From Thermococcus sp. JdFR-02 (lineage in GTDB: Archaea; Methanobacteriota_B; Thermococci; Thermococcales; Thermococcaceae), in contig MTLP01000042.1 of NCBI GenBank assembly GCA_002009975.1, positions 96,001-160,000 of the forward strand: a stretch of DNA of 64,000 nucleotides, given 5' to 3'. The position numbers and the translations under genes were made by a program. The stretch's first letter is position 1; each line of letters opens with the position of its first letter. Of the stretch, positions 10,329-20,867 are shown in pieces. A model generated the notes under the pieces. That model worked only from the letters and a program-made list of their open reading frames with translations. It did no database searches and was not told the DNA's origin.

Positions 10329-11519
10329 TCAATAGAGCACAATCTCAACCTCTTCCCCTTCTCTGTAACCCTCAACATCTTCTGGAATAATCAGATAGCC
10401 ATTGCTCTCAACTAATGAGCTTATCAATCCGCTTCCGCTCTTCCGTATTGGCTTTGCTTTCCCATCTTCATACCAAACCTTGACAAATTCATAACGCCCC
10501 AATGTTGAGCTAACTTTGGAGGCAAGCCTTGCTTTGACTTTGATGTCTTTATAATCAGCACCAGCAAGCTTTATCAAAGCATACTTAACAAAGAGATGGA
10601 ATTGCGTAAATACAGCAACAGGATAGCCACTCATTACAAAAATCTTCTCTCCATATCCCATAGGTCTTCCGGGTCTTATTGTTGTGCCGTGGAACAAAAG
10701 CCTAACGAACTTATGGGCATAATCCTTATCTCCAAAAGCACTTCCGCCGGTAATCAGCACTAAATCGCATTCTTTTTTGGTTTTTTCGAGTGCTTCATTT
10801 ATTTTAGCTTCATCATCTGGAAGAACACCATAAAAAATTGGCTCTCCGAAGTACTGTCTAACTAAGCTTTTGAGCATTATTGAGTTGCTCTCCAAAATTT
10901 TGCCTTCATTAAGGGCTTTTTCGTCAAGATCTTCTATAAGTTCATCCCCAGTGACGATAATACCTACTTTTGGCTTTCTCTTCACTTTAATCCTCTTTAT
11001 TCCAACGCTCTTAAGCAATGCTAAATCTTGAGCTCTTAAAATTTGCCTTTTCCTTAAAAGAACTTCTCCTTTTTTGATATCTTCTCCTTTGAAAGAAACA
11101 TTTTGCCCGGGAGCAACAGGTCTTAACACATAGATCCTATTTCCTTCTCTCTTAACGTGCTCTTGCATTATAACAGCATTAGCCCCCTTGGGGATTTTGT
11201 TTCCTGTCATTAGCTTTATAGCTTTCCCTTTCCCTACCTCTTTTTTGCTTTCCATACCAGCAGTTATTTCATCTATGACCTCAAGTTCTATTGGATTGTA
11301 TTCCCTTGCTTGGAAGGTATCTTCAGCTCTTACTGCATAACCATCAACAGCCGATCTATCAAAAGGTGGTGAATCGATCGGAGAAATTATGTCCTCAGCT
11401 AAAACTCTACCTAATGCTTCATCTAGAGAAACCTCTTCAACTTCTTTAGTCTCTTCAATATCATTAATCATCAAGTTGAAAGCCTCTTTGTAAGGGGTTA
11501 GCTTTTTGAATTCTCTCAT
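10329..11519 (-). CDS. moeA: molybdopterin molybdenum/tungsten transferase
   Basis: GRVLAED, PPFDRSAVDGYA, TGDEL, ITGGS, RPGRP, SGYP. Confidence 0.93.
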   Translation of the reverse strand: MREFKKLTPYKEAFNLMINDIEETKEVEEVSLDEALGRVLAEDIISPIDSPPFDRSAVDGYAVRAEDTFQAREYNPIELEVIDEITAGMESKKEVGKGKAIKLMTGNKIPKGANAVIMQEHVKREGNRIYVLRPVAPGQNVSFKGEDIKKGEVLLRKRQILRAQDLALLKSVGIKRIKVKRKPKVGIIVTGDELIEDLDEKALNEGKILESNSIMLKSLVRQYFGEPIFYGVLPDDEAKINEALEKTKKECDLVLITGGSAFGDKDYAHKFVRLLFHGTTIRPGRPMGYGEKIFVMSGYPVAVFTQFHLFVKYALIKLAGADYKDIKVKARLASKVSSTLGRYEFVKVWYEDGKAKPIRKSGSGLISSLVESNGYLIIPEDVEGYREGEEVEIVLY

Positions 11520-11573
11520 ACAAATCACCCTATTTAATTCTTTAATTGCATGATTATGCAATTCTGTAATTGT

Positions 11574-12083
11574 CTATTCCCTTGCATGCTTCAAAATGTG
11601 GTATGCTTCTTTTTTAATTATCTCCACTCCCACTTTAACCGCATTTAAGCTTCCCGGCAAGCAAAAGACTACCTTGCTTTCTTTATCTCTTATAATCCCA
11701 GCTGTTGCCCTTGTGAGAACTGCGGCAGTTCCAACTTCTTTAAAGCTTTTTAATCTAAAAATCTCTCCAAAGCCAATAAGTTCTTTATCAAAAAGAAGTC
11801 TAGCGATTTCAATCGTGATATCTCTTCGTGTTATTCCAGTTCCGCCAGTTGTGATGACTACTTCAGCTTTTTCTAAAGCTTCGAGGAGAGCTTTTAGAAT
11901 TGCCAATTTTTCATCTGGGACTATTTTATAGTAAACGTTTTCATTTCCAGCATTTTTTAATTCTTCAATTATGTAATAACCGCTTAAATCTTCCTTTTTC
12001 CCTAAGCTTGCGGTATCGCTAACAGTTATTACAGCAAACTTAAAACTCTTCGGTGCTTTAGCTCTATGCTCTTCAACTCCCAT
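11574..12083 (-). CDS. moaB: molybdopterin adenylyltransferase MoaB/MogA
   Basis: VITVSD, VPDE, TTGGTG..RD.T, LPGS. Confidence 0.92.
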   Translation of the reverse strand: MGVEEHRAKAPKSFKFAVITVSDTASLGKKEDLSGYYIIEELKNAGNENVYYKIVPDEKLAILKALLEALEKAEVVITTGGTGITRRDITIEIARLLFDKELIGFGEIFRLKSFKEVGTAAVLTRATAGIIRDKESKVVFCLPGSLNAVKVGVEIIKKEAYHILKHARE

Positions 12084-12132
12084 GTTATCACCTAAAAGAG
12101 TTTAGAAAATTGGGTTTAATAACCTTATTGAG

Positions 12133-12984
12133 TTAAGTCTTTTTGTTTAACATCTTTCTAATGTTCTCCACCAATTCCCTGTCATTAAGGGCTGAAGATT
12201 CTAAAAGACCTCTCTTTTTCAAGTTATAGGCAATTTTTACGCTTGCTGGAATTCTAATGCCTAAATTTTGTAAAAGATCAACTTCTTCAAAAATCTGCTT
12301 TGGCTTTCCTTCCAAAATTATTTCTCCTTTATCAAGGACAATGACCTTATCAGCGAATTCTAAAATGTAATCAGTGTTGTGTTCGACCATAATTATTGTT
12401 ATCCCTTGCTCTTTATTTAGCAAAGTTACTAAACTCAAAACTTGCTCTTTCCCAAGGGGATCAAGCTGGGAAGTTGGTTCATCTAAAACAAGAACTTCTG
12501 GCTTCATAGCTAGAACGCTTGCTATTGCCAACCTCTGCTTTTGACCACCACTTAGATTTGGTGGGAACTCATTTTCTAACCCTTCTAATCCAGCTAATCT
12601 TAAAGCCCATCTAATCCTTTTCTTAATTTCTTCAATGTCCAAACCTAAATTTTCTAAACCAAAAGCAACTTCTTCTTCAACTGTCATGTTAAAAAGCTGG
12701 GAATCAGGATTTTGCAAGACCAACCCAACGATGGTCGAAAGCTTTGCCACACTTGTCTCTTTTGTGTTATATCCCTTTACATAAACATCCCCTTCAAATT
12801 CTCCGCTTATCGAATGGGGGATTATACCATTGAATGTTAAGCATAGGGTTGACTTTCCACTTCCACTAGCTCCCAATATTCCCAAAAATTCGCCTTTTTT
12901 GACTTTAAGCTCTATATTTTTCAGGGAATATTCTTTTGAGCCACTGTACTTAAAGCTCAACTGTTCAACTCGGATTAAGGGCAT
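12133..12984 (-). CDS. ECF transporter ATPase (EcfA/CbiO)
   Basis: GASGSGKST, QNPDSQLF, LSGGQKQR, LDEPTSQLDP. Confidence 0.9.
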   Translation of the reverse strand: MPLIRVEQLSFKYSGSKEYSLKNIELKVKKGEFLGILGASGSGKSTLCLTFNGIIPHSISGEFEGDVYVKGYNTKETSVAKLSTIVGLVLQNPDSQLFNMTVEEEVAFGLENLGLDIEEIKKRIRWALRLAGLEGLENEFPPNLSGGQKQRLAIASVLAMKPEVLVLDEPTSQLDPLGKEQVLSLVTLLNKEQGITIIMVEHNTDYILEFADKVIVLDKGEIILEGKPKQIFEEVDLLQNLGIRIPASVKIAYNLKKRGLLESSALNDRELVENIRKMLNKKT

Positions 12985-13033
12985 AGTTTAAATTTGCCCA
13001 TGAACCTTTAAAAGTCTTAAGAACAAAATTTGG

Positions 13034-14062
13034 TTGGTGGTGACTGTGAGTAGAGAGGGAGTCTGGAAATATCTGAGCTTTATTCTCACATTGTTATTGG
13101 CTTTAGCTATAATCTCAAATATCTTACTGTACTTCCAAAATAGTGAGCTTCAAAAAGCCTTGGAAAATAAGACAACAGAAATAAGAGTCGAAGTTCCGAA
13201 TGTAACCTACACAATTTCTGGTAACATAACAGCCCTTCAAGCCAAGATTGAGGATCTTCAAAAGGAAATTGAATATTTAAAACTTCAATTGAGGGAAAAA
13301 CAACAAATTTCTGCCAATACTACAATAGCAATTTTACCCATAATGGGACCTATAGATGAGTACACTGCCATGGACATAGTTTCTAAAATTAGACAGATAA
13401 GACAAAACAAAACAATTGGAGGAGTTTTATTATGGATCGAAAGCCCCGGAGGTTATGTAGGACCTGTTAGAGTTATATATAAAGAGCTCAAGAAGTTAGG
13501 TTATGAAAAGCCAATAGTTGCTTACACAGGGGGATATGCAGACTCTGGAGGTTATTTTATAGCTTCTGCCGCTGATAAAATTATTGCAGATCCATTAGCC
13601 GAAGTTGGTAGCATTGGGGTGATTTATGTCCATTATGACTTGGAAGAGAACTATAGACAGTTTGGAATAAAAGTTAACGTCTTTAAGACTGGAAAATACA
13701 AAGATATGGGTGCTGAGTGGAGAGACTTAACTGAAGAAGAGAGGCAGATTATTAGGGAAGATATCGACACCTATTTCCAAGACTTTTTAAATGCCGTAAG
13801 TGAAGGGAGAAAGCTTGACATGAACACTACGAAACAGTATGCAGATGGTAGAATGTGGTTTGCTACAGAGGTTAAGGGCATACTAGTTGATGATACTGGA
13901 GATCTGGATTATGCAATAAAGGTCCTTGAAGAAATGATGGGCGTTAAAAGTGCAAGAGTAGTGTTGTACAATGTGCAAAAAGTTGATTTTGGAATTTATG
14001 AGAGCACCTCCCTCTACATGCCCTCTAACTATGCCCTCTCCTACATTAGGATTAGGGGGTGA
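13034..14062 (+). CDS. sppA: signal peptide peptidase SppA (S49)
   Basis: N-terminal TM and coiled coil; SPGG, SGGY, GSIGV, GKYKD. Confidence 0.9.
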   Translation: MVVTVSREGVWKYLSFILTLLLALAIISNILLYFQNSELQKALENKTTEIRVEVPNVTYTISGNITALQAKIEDLQKEIEYLKLQLREKQQISANTTIAILPIMGPIDEYTAMDIVSKIRQIRQNKTIGGVLLWIESPGGYVGPVRVIYKELKKLGYEKPIVAYTGGYADSGGYFIASAADKIIADPLAEVGSIGVIYVHYDLEENYRQFGIKVNVFKTGKYKDMGAEWRDLTEEERQIIREDIDTYFQDFLNAVSEGRKLDMNTTKQYADGRMWFATEVKGILVDDTGDLDYAIKVLEEMMGVKSARVVLYNVQKVDFGIYESTSLYMPSNYALSYIRIRG

Positions 14063-14066
14063 AAAA

Positions 14067-14546
14067 ATGCAATGTGAAGAGAAGCTTGAAGTTTTTGAAA
14101 ATGGCTTCGATGATGGAAAGTTTAATCTGAGGATTGAGTTTTATGGAAGTGATGCAAGAAAAATTCTTTTAGCAATAATTTACGAACTTTATCAGCCCGA
14201 ATACGGAAGTGAATATGTATATCCCTTTGAATGTGCTAAAGAATTTTGGGGAATTTACATGGATGGAAGTGAGGTTCAAGGCGAAGAACTAAGATTGAGC
14301 AAAACCAAGTTCATAAACAAGGCACTCATCAACAGACTTGAAAGTGTTTTAGAGAAAATAGATGCTCCAAGAGAAATTAAGGAACAAATTTCAAAGGAAA
14401 TCGAGAACTCAGAGATATATAAGCTCAAAGATGGCTTACTCGCCCTAGGGAAAAACTTTATCTTAGATGAAGGCAAAAAGGTAGTGTTTGTATTTAATAA
14501 ACCCAGTGCAAGGGAATTAATCTTGAGATATCTTAGGAAGTGGTGA
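14067..14546 (+). CDS. conserved hypothetical protein
   Basis: ATG after GGGGTGA SD; closely packed between sppA and the next gene. Confidence 0.7.
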   Translation: MQCEEKLEVFENGFDDGKFNLRIEFYGSDARKILLAIIYELYQPEYGSEYVYPFECAKEFWGIYMDGSEVQGEELRLSKTKFINKALINRLESVLEKIDAPREIKEQISKEIENSEIYKLKDGLLALGKNFILDEGKKVVFVFNKPSARELILRYLRKW

Positions 14547-14547
14547 T

Positions 14548-15552
14548 ATGGAAAGAGAGTCTCTGGTATGGATTGGTGTTTCCCTCATAATACTTTATTT
14601 AGTGTGGAAAACTGTCGAGCCTCTTATTTCTCCTATAATCTTTGGTCTTGCAATGGCTTATGTTTTCCATCCTCTTCATGCGAAGCTAACTGTAAGATTT
14701 AATGAAAAGAAATCTGCAATACTCTTAACTGCTTTGATGACCATTATAGCAACACTATTAACAATCGGAGTTGTTTTGTGGCTTAGAGATGTCACGAGAT
14801 ATATTTACATTTACATCGATGAATTCTTTCAATGGCTTTCTGGAGTTTCTTTTCCTTTTGGAATCAGTGAAACTTTGAAAGGCTTATCTCAGACAATTCC
14901 AGAGAAGTTAAGTGCTTATCTCCTCAACTACACATTCTCACTTCCAAAGTTTTTGCTTCAGGCAATAATCTTCTTGGGAATATTCTACGCAACTCTTAGC
15001 AATGCTCAGTTTCTCTCAAAGGAGATGTATAATCTCCTCCCTAAAGAAAATCGAGAACTTGGAGTATTATTGATAGAGAAAGCAAAGCTAACGCTAAGTG
15101 CAATACTGAGAACTTGGTTAATGTTAAGTGTTGTCAAGGGAATATTTCTAGCGACTGGAATGATTATGTTCGATATAAGCAACGTTAGTGGAGCTATAGC
15201 AGCTGGAGTTTTATGTGTAGTTTTAGAGCTTTTGCCCATGATAGGTGGATGGATTCTTTGGCTAATCGGCTCATTTTATCTCATTTCCTCTGGAGATGTC
15301 GTGGGGGGAATACTCTTCGCTGTATACGGAGCTATATTCATCTCTCCAGTCCCCGATATAACAGTCAGACCAAAGTTAGTTGCTCAGGGTGCAAAGGTTA
15401 ATCCAATAGTAGCTTTCATAGGCATATTTGGCGGTATCATGTCATTTGGATTCAAGGGAATAATAATTGGTCCGGTATCTCTTGGATTGCTTGTAACCCT
15501 ATTAGAGGAGTGGAAGGAGCAGAAGAGAAGGGAGATAATACTCGGTAGCTAG
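14548..15552 (+). CDS. AI-2E family transporter
   Basis: Multi-TM protein; AY..HP, ELLPMIGG, RPKL, GG...FG..GIIIGP motifs. Confidence 0.85.
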   Translation: MERESLVWIGVSLIILYLVWKTVEPLISPIIFGLAMAYVFHPLHAKLTVRFNEKKSAILLTALMTIIATLLTIGVVLWLRDVTRYIYIYIDEFFQWLSGVSFPFGISETLKGLSQTIPEKLSAYLLNYTFSLPKFLLQAIIFLGIFYATLSNAQFLSKEMYNLLPKENRELGVLLIEKAKLTLSAILRTWLMLSVVKGIFLATGMIMFDISNVSGAIAAGVLCVVLELLPMIGGWILWLIGSFYLISSGDVVGGILFAVYGAIFISPVPDITVRPKLVAQGAKVNPIVAFIGIFGGIMSFGFKGIIIGPVSLGLLVTLLEEWKEQKRREIILGS

Positions 15553-16541
15553 AAGAGCTTCCAAAGTTCATCACTTAACGGCTGTTCTAATTTTTCCTCT
15601 TTTCCATCTTTGACGATAATTCTAACACTCTTGTCTTCAAGGAACTCTCCAATTACTGAAGCCTCTATATTTTCGTTTTTAAGGGCTTTTACGATTTTTT
15701 CGGCATTTTCTTTTGGTGCTGATATCATCAATGCTCCAGAGCTTATCAGAGCTAAAGGATTTAGGTTATAATATTCACAAATTTTCTTAGTTTCTTCTGC
15801 AATTGGAATTCTTTCCCAGTAAACCCTAAAGCCTAAATTACTAGCATCTGCCATTTCATGCAATCCATTGGTTATTCCACCCTCTGTTGGATCATGCATA
15901 GCATTGACTCCAATTTCACTAGCTATTAGCGCATCTTTTACCACGCTAATTTTCCACAAAAAATCCTTAGCCCTCTTAACAAATTCTTCCCCAAAAACTT
16001 CTTTCAGCTCCTCTTCTTTCTCCATTGCGATGATTGATGTTCCTTCTATTGCTGCTCCCTTCGTTAAAATTATTGCATCCCCTGCTTTTGCATTTGAAGA
16101 ATAGACTAATTTTTCCCTCTTTACCTCTCCAAACATAGTTCCGACTACTATAGGTCTGTTCAAACCTGGGGTTACTTCCGTGTGTCCTCCAACTATTGAA
16201 ATTTCCAACTCCCTTGCACTTTTGTCCAAATCATTCATAATCTCCTCTAGAAGTGCTTCATCTGCATCTTCTGGCAATAAAATAGTCACTAAAAACCATT
16301 TTGGCTTTGCTCCAAAAGTTGCAACATCGTTGGCATTTACATTTACGGCATAGAACCCTATATGCTTACTTGCTCCCGTTATTGGGTCAGTTGATGCAAC
16401 TAAAATTGTATCTCCAAGATCTATTGCAGTTGCATCTAGTCCCACGCCTGGCTTTATTAGAACCCTATTATCTTCAATCCCCAACCTTCTAAATACAATG
16501 CTTTTAAGTTTCTCTGGTGGAATTTTACCGGTAGGCAACAT
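15549..16541 (-). CDS. AIR synthase-related (PurM/HypE-like) protein
   Basis: STDPIT, NANDVAT.GAKP, GGHTE, MHDPTEGG. Confidence 0.85.
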   Translation of the reverse strand: MLPTGKIPPEKLKSIVFRRLGIEDNRVLIKPGVGLDATAIDLGDTILVASTDPITGASKHIGFYAVNVNANDVATFGAKPKWFLVTILLPEDADEALLEEIMNDLDKSARELEISIVGGHTEVTPGLNRPIVVGTMFGEVKREKLVYSSNAKAGDAIILTKGAAIEGTSIIAMEKEEELKEVFGEEFVKRAKDFLWKISVVKDALIASEIGVNAMHDPTEGGITNGLHEMADASNLGFRVYWERIPIAEETKKICEYYNLNPLALISSGALMISAPKENAEKIVKALKNENIEASVIGEFLEDKSVRIIVKDGKEEKLEQPLSDELWKLF

Positions 16542-16604
16542 TTCTCATCGCCAAAGAAACTTTAAAACAATAAATTAAAAACCTTGCTACAAAAATGGAA
16601 AGGT

Positions 16605-16665
16605 AACCTCAGCGAGAAGTCGGTCATCATTTTTCAGCTCACTCTTGTTCCAATCATCGGTCACT
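16605..16665 (-). ncRNA. C/D box guide sRNA
   Basis: Minus strand: C CCGATGA, guide TTGGAACAAGAGTGAG, D' CTGA, C' ATGATGA, guide CCGACTTCTCG, D CTGA (16612-16609). Confidence 0.85.
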
Positions 16666-16684
16666 AAAAACTTAAAAATTCATC

Positions 16685-16692
16685 TTTAAAAA
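16685..16692. promoter_or_regulatory. probable shared bidirectional TATA box for the two sRNAs
   Basis: TTTAAAAA (reverse TTTTTAAA) lies about 25 nt from the C boxes of both divergent sRNAs. Confidence 0.55.
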
Positions 16693-16713
16693 TTTACCTT
16701 AGATGTTCAAGGC

Positions 16714-16775
16714 ATTGATGATGAAGCTGAGGACACCTGAGCGAGGCGATGAGGATTCTTCGCTTCGCTGATAAA
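16714..16775 (+). ncRNA. C/D box guide sRNA
   Basis: C ATGATGA (16718-24), guide AGCTGAGGACAC, D' CTGA (16737-40), C' GCGATGA (16746-52), guide GGATTCTTCGCTTCG, D CTGA (16768-71). Confidence 0.85.
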
Positions 16776-16786
16776 AAGAAAGGGAG

Positions 16787-17581
16787 TTAAGCCTTCTTTT
16801 CCAAATATTTTTCTAAGGGTTTTGCAGGTATGTCTAATGCTAGCTTCATAGGTTTGAGAACTGTCCTTAAAGCATAAACCTTTGCATGTTCTGTAAACTC
16901 CTCTGGGGCATATTCTGTTGGCGTAAAGTTCAAAAGCTTCTCTGTGATGCCTTTTATTTCACTCTCGCTCCTTACCTTCTTAAATTCTCTGAAATATCCT
17001 TCAATACCTTTAACGTCTATCTCTGCATAGATTGGGATCTTTAAAGTAATTGTTTCATTTATGCTTGCCAATATCCTTGCAACATCTATTAAAGGAGTTT
17101 TCTCATCTATCATTAGTCTCTTAACGACTATCCAAGAACCGTGTTTAGCTGTAAAGTTTATGTGATCGTCTTCATAGGGTAAGGCAACCTTAAGCTCACT
17201 TATTGGATTTTCGGGGTAATCTATCTTGAGCTTTCCTGAGAGGGTTTCTCTAACTAAAAGAGCCTTTGCTACTTCCACTAACATCTTTTTTAATTTTTTA
17301 TCCTCTTCAAAGACTAATGGGCTGAGCTTTCTTGAAGTTCCTGGCGATTTCAAAGCTTTAAAGACTTCCCAAAGCTCTTTTTCAGCTAAACTCTCTGCAA
17401 GAGATTTGACACCCTTAACGTCAATAGCATCACTTAAATATGTGGGAATCTTCAGGTTTATTGAATTTGAAACGCTTGCTAAGAAATGAGCTATACTCTT
17501 ATTTTCCATCTCTGTAAGCTTATCTCCCACTTTCCATTCTTTATGCTTTGCAGTAAACATTACATGATCTACGACTTTCAT
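16787..17581 (-). CDS. conserved archaeal hypothetical protein with internal duplication (DUF2666-like)
   Basis: Two repeats of DH..FTAKH..W.V and LAS...I.LKIP.Y..IDVKG. Confidence 0.75.
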   Translation of the reverse strand: MKVVDHVMFTAKHKEWKVGDKLTEMENKSIAHFLASVSNSINLKIPTYLSDAIDVKGVKSLAESLAEKELWEVFKALKSPGTSRKLSPLVFEEDKKLKKMLVEVAKALLVRETLSGKLKIDYPENPISELKVALPYEDDHINFTAKHGSWIVVKRLMIDEKTPLIDVARILASINETITLKIPIYAEIDVKGIEGYFREFKKVRSESEIKGITEKLLNFTPTEYAPEEFTEHAKVYALRTVLKPMKLALDIPAKPLEKYLEKKA

Positions 17582-17694
17582 GACACCACCACCTTCTCTT
17601 ATTCCTACTTCATTTTTAGTTTTTTCTTAGTTTTAAACAGTTGGTTTAAGGTGAGCTTTTAAAGGGTATCTTATAATTTTAGGTTGGTGATGCT

Positions 17695-18705
17695 ATGAGA
17701 ATCAAGCTTGAATATGGTGCTGGTGGAGAGCTAATGGGAGAGTTCATTAGAGATGTCATCCTAAAGAATATTGCGCTGAAAAGCTTGGGTGGAATCGGGT
17801 TAGAGGCGTTAGATGACGGTGCTACAATCCCCTTTGAAGATAAACACATAGTTTTCACGATAGACGGTCACACTGTAAAACCACTATTCTTCCCTGGAGG
17901 AGACGTTGGGAGACTAGCGGTTAGTGGAACGGTTAATGATCTAGCGGTTATGGGTGCTAAACCCTTAGCTTTAGCCAATTCAATGATAATTCAAGAAGGT
18001 TTCGGAATGGAAGAATTCGAGAGGATTCTAAAATCAATGGATGAAACATCAAAGGAAGTTCCTGTTTCAATAGTTACGGGAGACACAAAAGTTGTCGAAG
18101 ATAAAATCGGGATCTTTGTAATAACGGCTGGAATTGGAATTGCCGAGAAACCCATAAGCGATAATGGGGCAAAAGTTGGAGATGTAATCTTAGTTAGCGG
18201 AACTGTTGGAGATCATGGAATTGCAATTATGAGCCATAGAGAGGGAATATCTTTTGAAACCGAGCTTAAAAGTGATGTTGCACCCATTTGGGAGGTAGTT
18301 GAGAGCGTTGCAAAAGCCATTGGATGGGAAAACATTCATGCAATGAAAGATCCAACGAGAGGAGGATTAAGCAACGCTTTGAATGAAATGGCGAGAAAAG
18401 CAGATGTTGGATTTTTGGTTAGAGAGAGTGACATACCAATAAAACCAGAGGTTAAAGCAGCAAGTGATATGCTTGGCATAAGTCCCTTTGAGGTTGCTAA
18501 TGAAGGGAAAGTTGTCATGGTCGTGAATAAGGAATATGCCGAAGAAGCATTAGAGGCTATGAGAAGGACAAGGTATGGAAAGGAAGCAGCTATAATAGGG
18601 GAGGTCATTGAGGACTATAAAGGGAAAGTTGTTTTGGAAACAGGAATTGGCGGAAAGAGATTTTTGGAACCACCAATTGGAGACCCTGTACCAAGGGTTT
18701 GTTGA
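17695..18705 (+). CDS. hypE: hydrogenase maturation carbamoyl dehydratase
   Basis: GAGG, FFPGGD.G.LAV.GTVNDL, DPTRGGL, ANEGK, C-terminal PRVC. Confidence 0.96.
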   Translation: MRIKLEYGAGGELMGEFIRDVILKNIALKSLGGIGLEALDDGATIPFEDKHIVFTIDGHTVKPLFFPGGDVGRLAVSGTVNDLAVMGAKPLALANSMIIQEGFGMEEFERILKSMDETSKEVPVSIVTGDTKVVEDKIGIFVITAGIGIAEKPISDNGAKVGDVILVSGTVGDHGIAIMSHREGISFETELKSDVAPIWEVVESVAKAIGWENIHAMKDPTRGGLSNALNEMARKADVGFLVRESDIPIKPEVKAASDMLGISPFEVANEGKVVMVVNKEYAEEALEAMRRTRYGKEAAIIGEVIEDYKGKVVLETGIGGKRFLEPPIGDPVPRVC

Positions 18706-18748
18706 TGTAAGCATAAGAGGTATAAACCCTAAAACAATAATAACTAAC

Positions 18749-18807
18749 GGCACAGGCTTGCCAGACCTATGAAAACCATGAGTAGGTCTGCCCTTCCTGT
18801 GCCTACA
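18749..18807 (+). ncRNA. single-hairpin H/ACA pseudouridylation guide RNA
   Basis: Lower stem GGCACAGG/CCTGTGCC, pocket CTTGC/CCCTT, upper stem CAGACCTA/TAGGTCTG, K-loop-like TGA..ATGA, then ACA (18805-07); TATA at 18721 and T-run at 18810. Confidence 0.85.
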
Positions 18808-18902
18808 TCTTTTTTGTCCAAGTTTTAGCCGAATATTTTTTGCTAAAAATTTATAAGAGGAGTTAAGCTATTGGTGCATGAGAGTGAGAAGAGGGATCTA
18901 TC

Positions 18903-20810
18903 ATGGGTGAGAGGGAAATTGTTGAAATAAATAAATCAAGCTCAAAGGTTGAGCCTTTGGAGTTAGGTGTTGATTTTGAAACAACTGAAGAAATTGAGGT
19001 ACCTCAAAAGCTAATTGATCAAGTTATTGGACAAGAACATGCGGTAGAGGTTATAAAAACAGCTGCAAAGCAAAAACGTCACGTACTTTTAATAGGAGAG
19101 CCGGGAACAGGAAAATCAATGTTAGGACAAGCAATGGCAGAGCTGTTGCCAACAGAGGAGTTAGAGGATATTCTAGTTTTCCCAAACCCTGAAGATGAAA
19201 ACATGCCAAAAATCAAAGTTGTTCCAGCTTGTCAAGGAAAAAGAATCGTTGAGCATTATAGAGAAAAAGCAAAAAGTCAAGAAAGCATAAAGTCCTACCT
19301 CTTACTTTTCGTGCTTTTTGTTGTAATGCTAGCAGTTCTAATGGATCCAAGCTCACAAACTTTACTCTTTGGAGTATTTGTGCTCATAATTTCAGTAATG
19401 GCAATCTCCAACTTAAGGCTAAAAAGTCAAGCCCTTGTTCCAAAACTCTTAGTTGACAACTGTGGAAAGAATAAAGCACCATTTGTTGATGCAACTGGCG
19501 CTCACGCAGGTGCATTGCTTGGTGATGTTAGACACGACCCATTCCAAAGTGGTGGCTTAGGAACTCCAGCACATGAAAGAGTAGAGCCTGGAATGATACA
19601 TAGAGCTCATAAGGGAGTCCTCTTTATAGATGAGGTTGCAACTTTAAGCATAAAAATGCAACAGAACCTCTTAACAGCAATGCAAGAGAAAAAAATGCCG
19701 ATTACCGGACAAAGCGAACTTTCAAGTGGTGCAATGGTTAGAACTGAGCCTGTTCCATGTGATTTCATCTTAATAGCTGCTGGAAACCTTGACACAGTGG
19801 ATAAAATGCACCCCGCTTTAAGATCAAGAATTAGAGGTTACGGTTACGAGGTTTATATGAGAGTTACAATGCCAGACACACTTGAAAATAGGAAAAAGCT
19901 TGTGCAATTCGTTGCTCAAGAAGTTAGGAGAGATGGGAGAATACCACACTTTACGAAGGATGCAGTTGAGGAGATAGTTAGAGAAGCCCAAAAGAGGGCT
20001 GGGAGAAAGGGACACTTAACCTTAAGGCTTAGAGATCTAGGTGGAGTAGTTAGAGCTGCGGGAGATATAGCCGTTAGAGAAGGAGCAAAATACGTAACTA
20101 GAGAGCATGTATTAACGGCATTACAATTAGCAAAACCATTAGAAAAGCAGTTAGCTGATTGGTACATTGAGAGAAAGAAGGAATACCAAGTCATTAAGAG
20201 CGAGGGTGGAGAAATTGGAAGAGTTAATGGATTGGCAGTTATTGGAGAACAGAGCGGTATCGTTTTACCAATTGAAGCTGTAGTTGCACCTGCAGCAAGT
20301 AGGGAAGAAGGTAAAATTATAGTTACTGGAAAGCTCGGGGAAATAGCAAAAGAAGCTGTTCAAAACGTATCCGCAATAATTAAGCGTTACAAGGGTGAGG
20401 ATATAAGCAATTACGATATTCACGTCCAATTCCTTCAAACTTATGAAGGCGTTGAAGGAGACAGTGCAAGCATTAGCGTTGCAACCGCAGTTATCTCAGC
20501 TTTAGAAGAAATTCCAATCAAGCAAAGTGTTGCAATGACAGGTTCGCTAAGTGTTAGAGGAGAAGTTTTACCCATTGGTGGAGCAACTCCAAAGATTGAA
20601 GCCGCTATTGAAGCTGGAATAAAAACGGTGATTATTCCAAAGAGCAATGAGAAAGATGTATTCCTAAGCCCAGATAAAGCTGCAAAAATTGAGATAATTC
20701 CAGTTGAGACAATAGATCAAGTGTTGGAGATAGCTCTAGAAGATTGTGAGAAGAAAGAGGATTTAATTAAGAAGGTTAGAGAGGCTTTGCCTTTAGGAAA
20801 GGCATCTTAA
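18903..20810 (+). CDS. lonB: ATP-dependent protease LonB (membrane anchored, no intein)
   Basis: GEPGTGKS, two TM segments, FIDE, EGDSAS catalytic Ser, PIGGATPK. Confidence 0.96.
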   Translation: MGEREIVEINKSSSKVEPLELGVDFETTEEIEVPQKLIDQVIGQEHAVEVIKTAAKQKRHVLLIGEPGTGKSMLGQAMAELLPTEELEDILVFPNPEDENMPKIKVVPACQGKRIVEHYREKAKSQESIKSYLLLFVLFVVMLAVLMDPSSQTLLFGVFVLIISVMAISNLRLKSQALVPKLLVDNCGKNKAPFVDATGAHAGALLGDVRHDPFQSGGLGTPAHERVEPGMIHRAHKGVLFIDEVATLSIKMQQNLLTAMQEKKMPITGQSELSSGAMVRTEPVPCDFILIAAGNLDTVDKMHPALRSRIRGYGYEVYMRVTMPDTLENRKKLVQFVAQEVRRDGRIPHFTKDAVEEIVREAQKRAGRKGHLTLRLRDLGGVVRAAGDIAVREGAKYVTREHVLTALQLAKPLEKQLADWYIERKKEYQVIKSEGGEIGRVNGLAVIGEQSGIVLPIEAVVAPAASREEGKIIVTGKLGEIAKEAVQNVSAIIKRYKGEDISNYDIHVQFLQTYEGVEGDSASISVATAVISALEEIPIKQSVAMTGSLSVRGEVLPIGGATPKIEAAIEAGIKTVIIPKSNEKDVFLSPDKAAKIEIIPVETIDQVLEIALEDCEKKEDLIKKVREALPLGKAS

Positions 20811-20867
20811 TTTAACTCTCTTTAAACTTTTTCTTCTTCATTAATATCTAAGCAAAGGACCGAGAAC

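Noticed and set aside
18903-20810. Intein in LonB
   Set aside because: The 635-aa ORF is continuous through the ATPase domain with no intein-sized insertion
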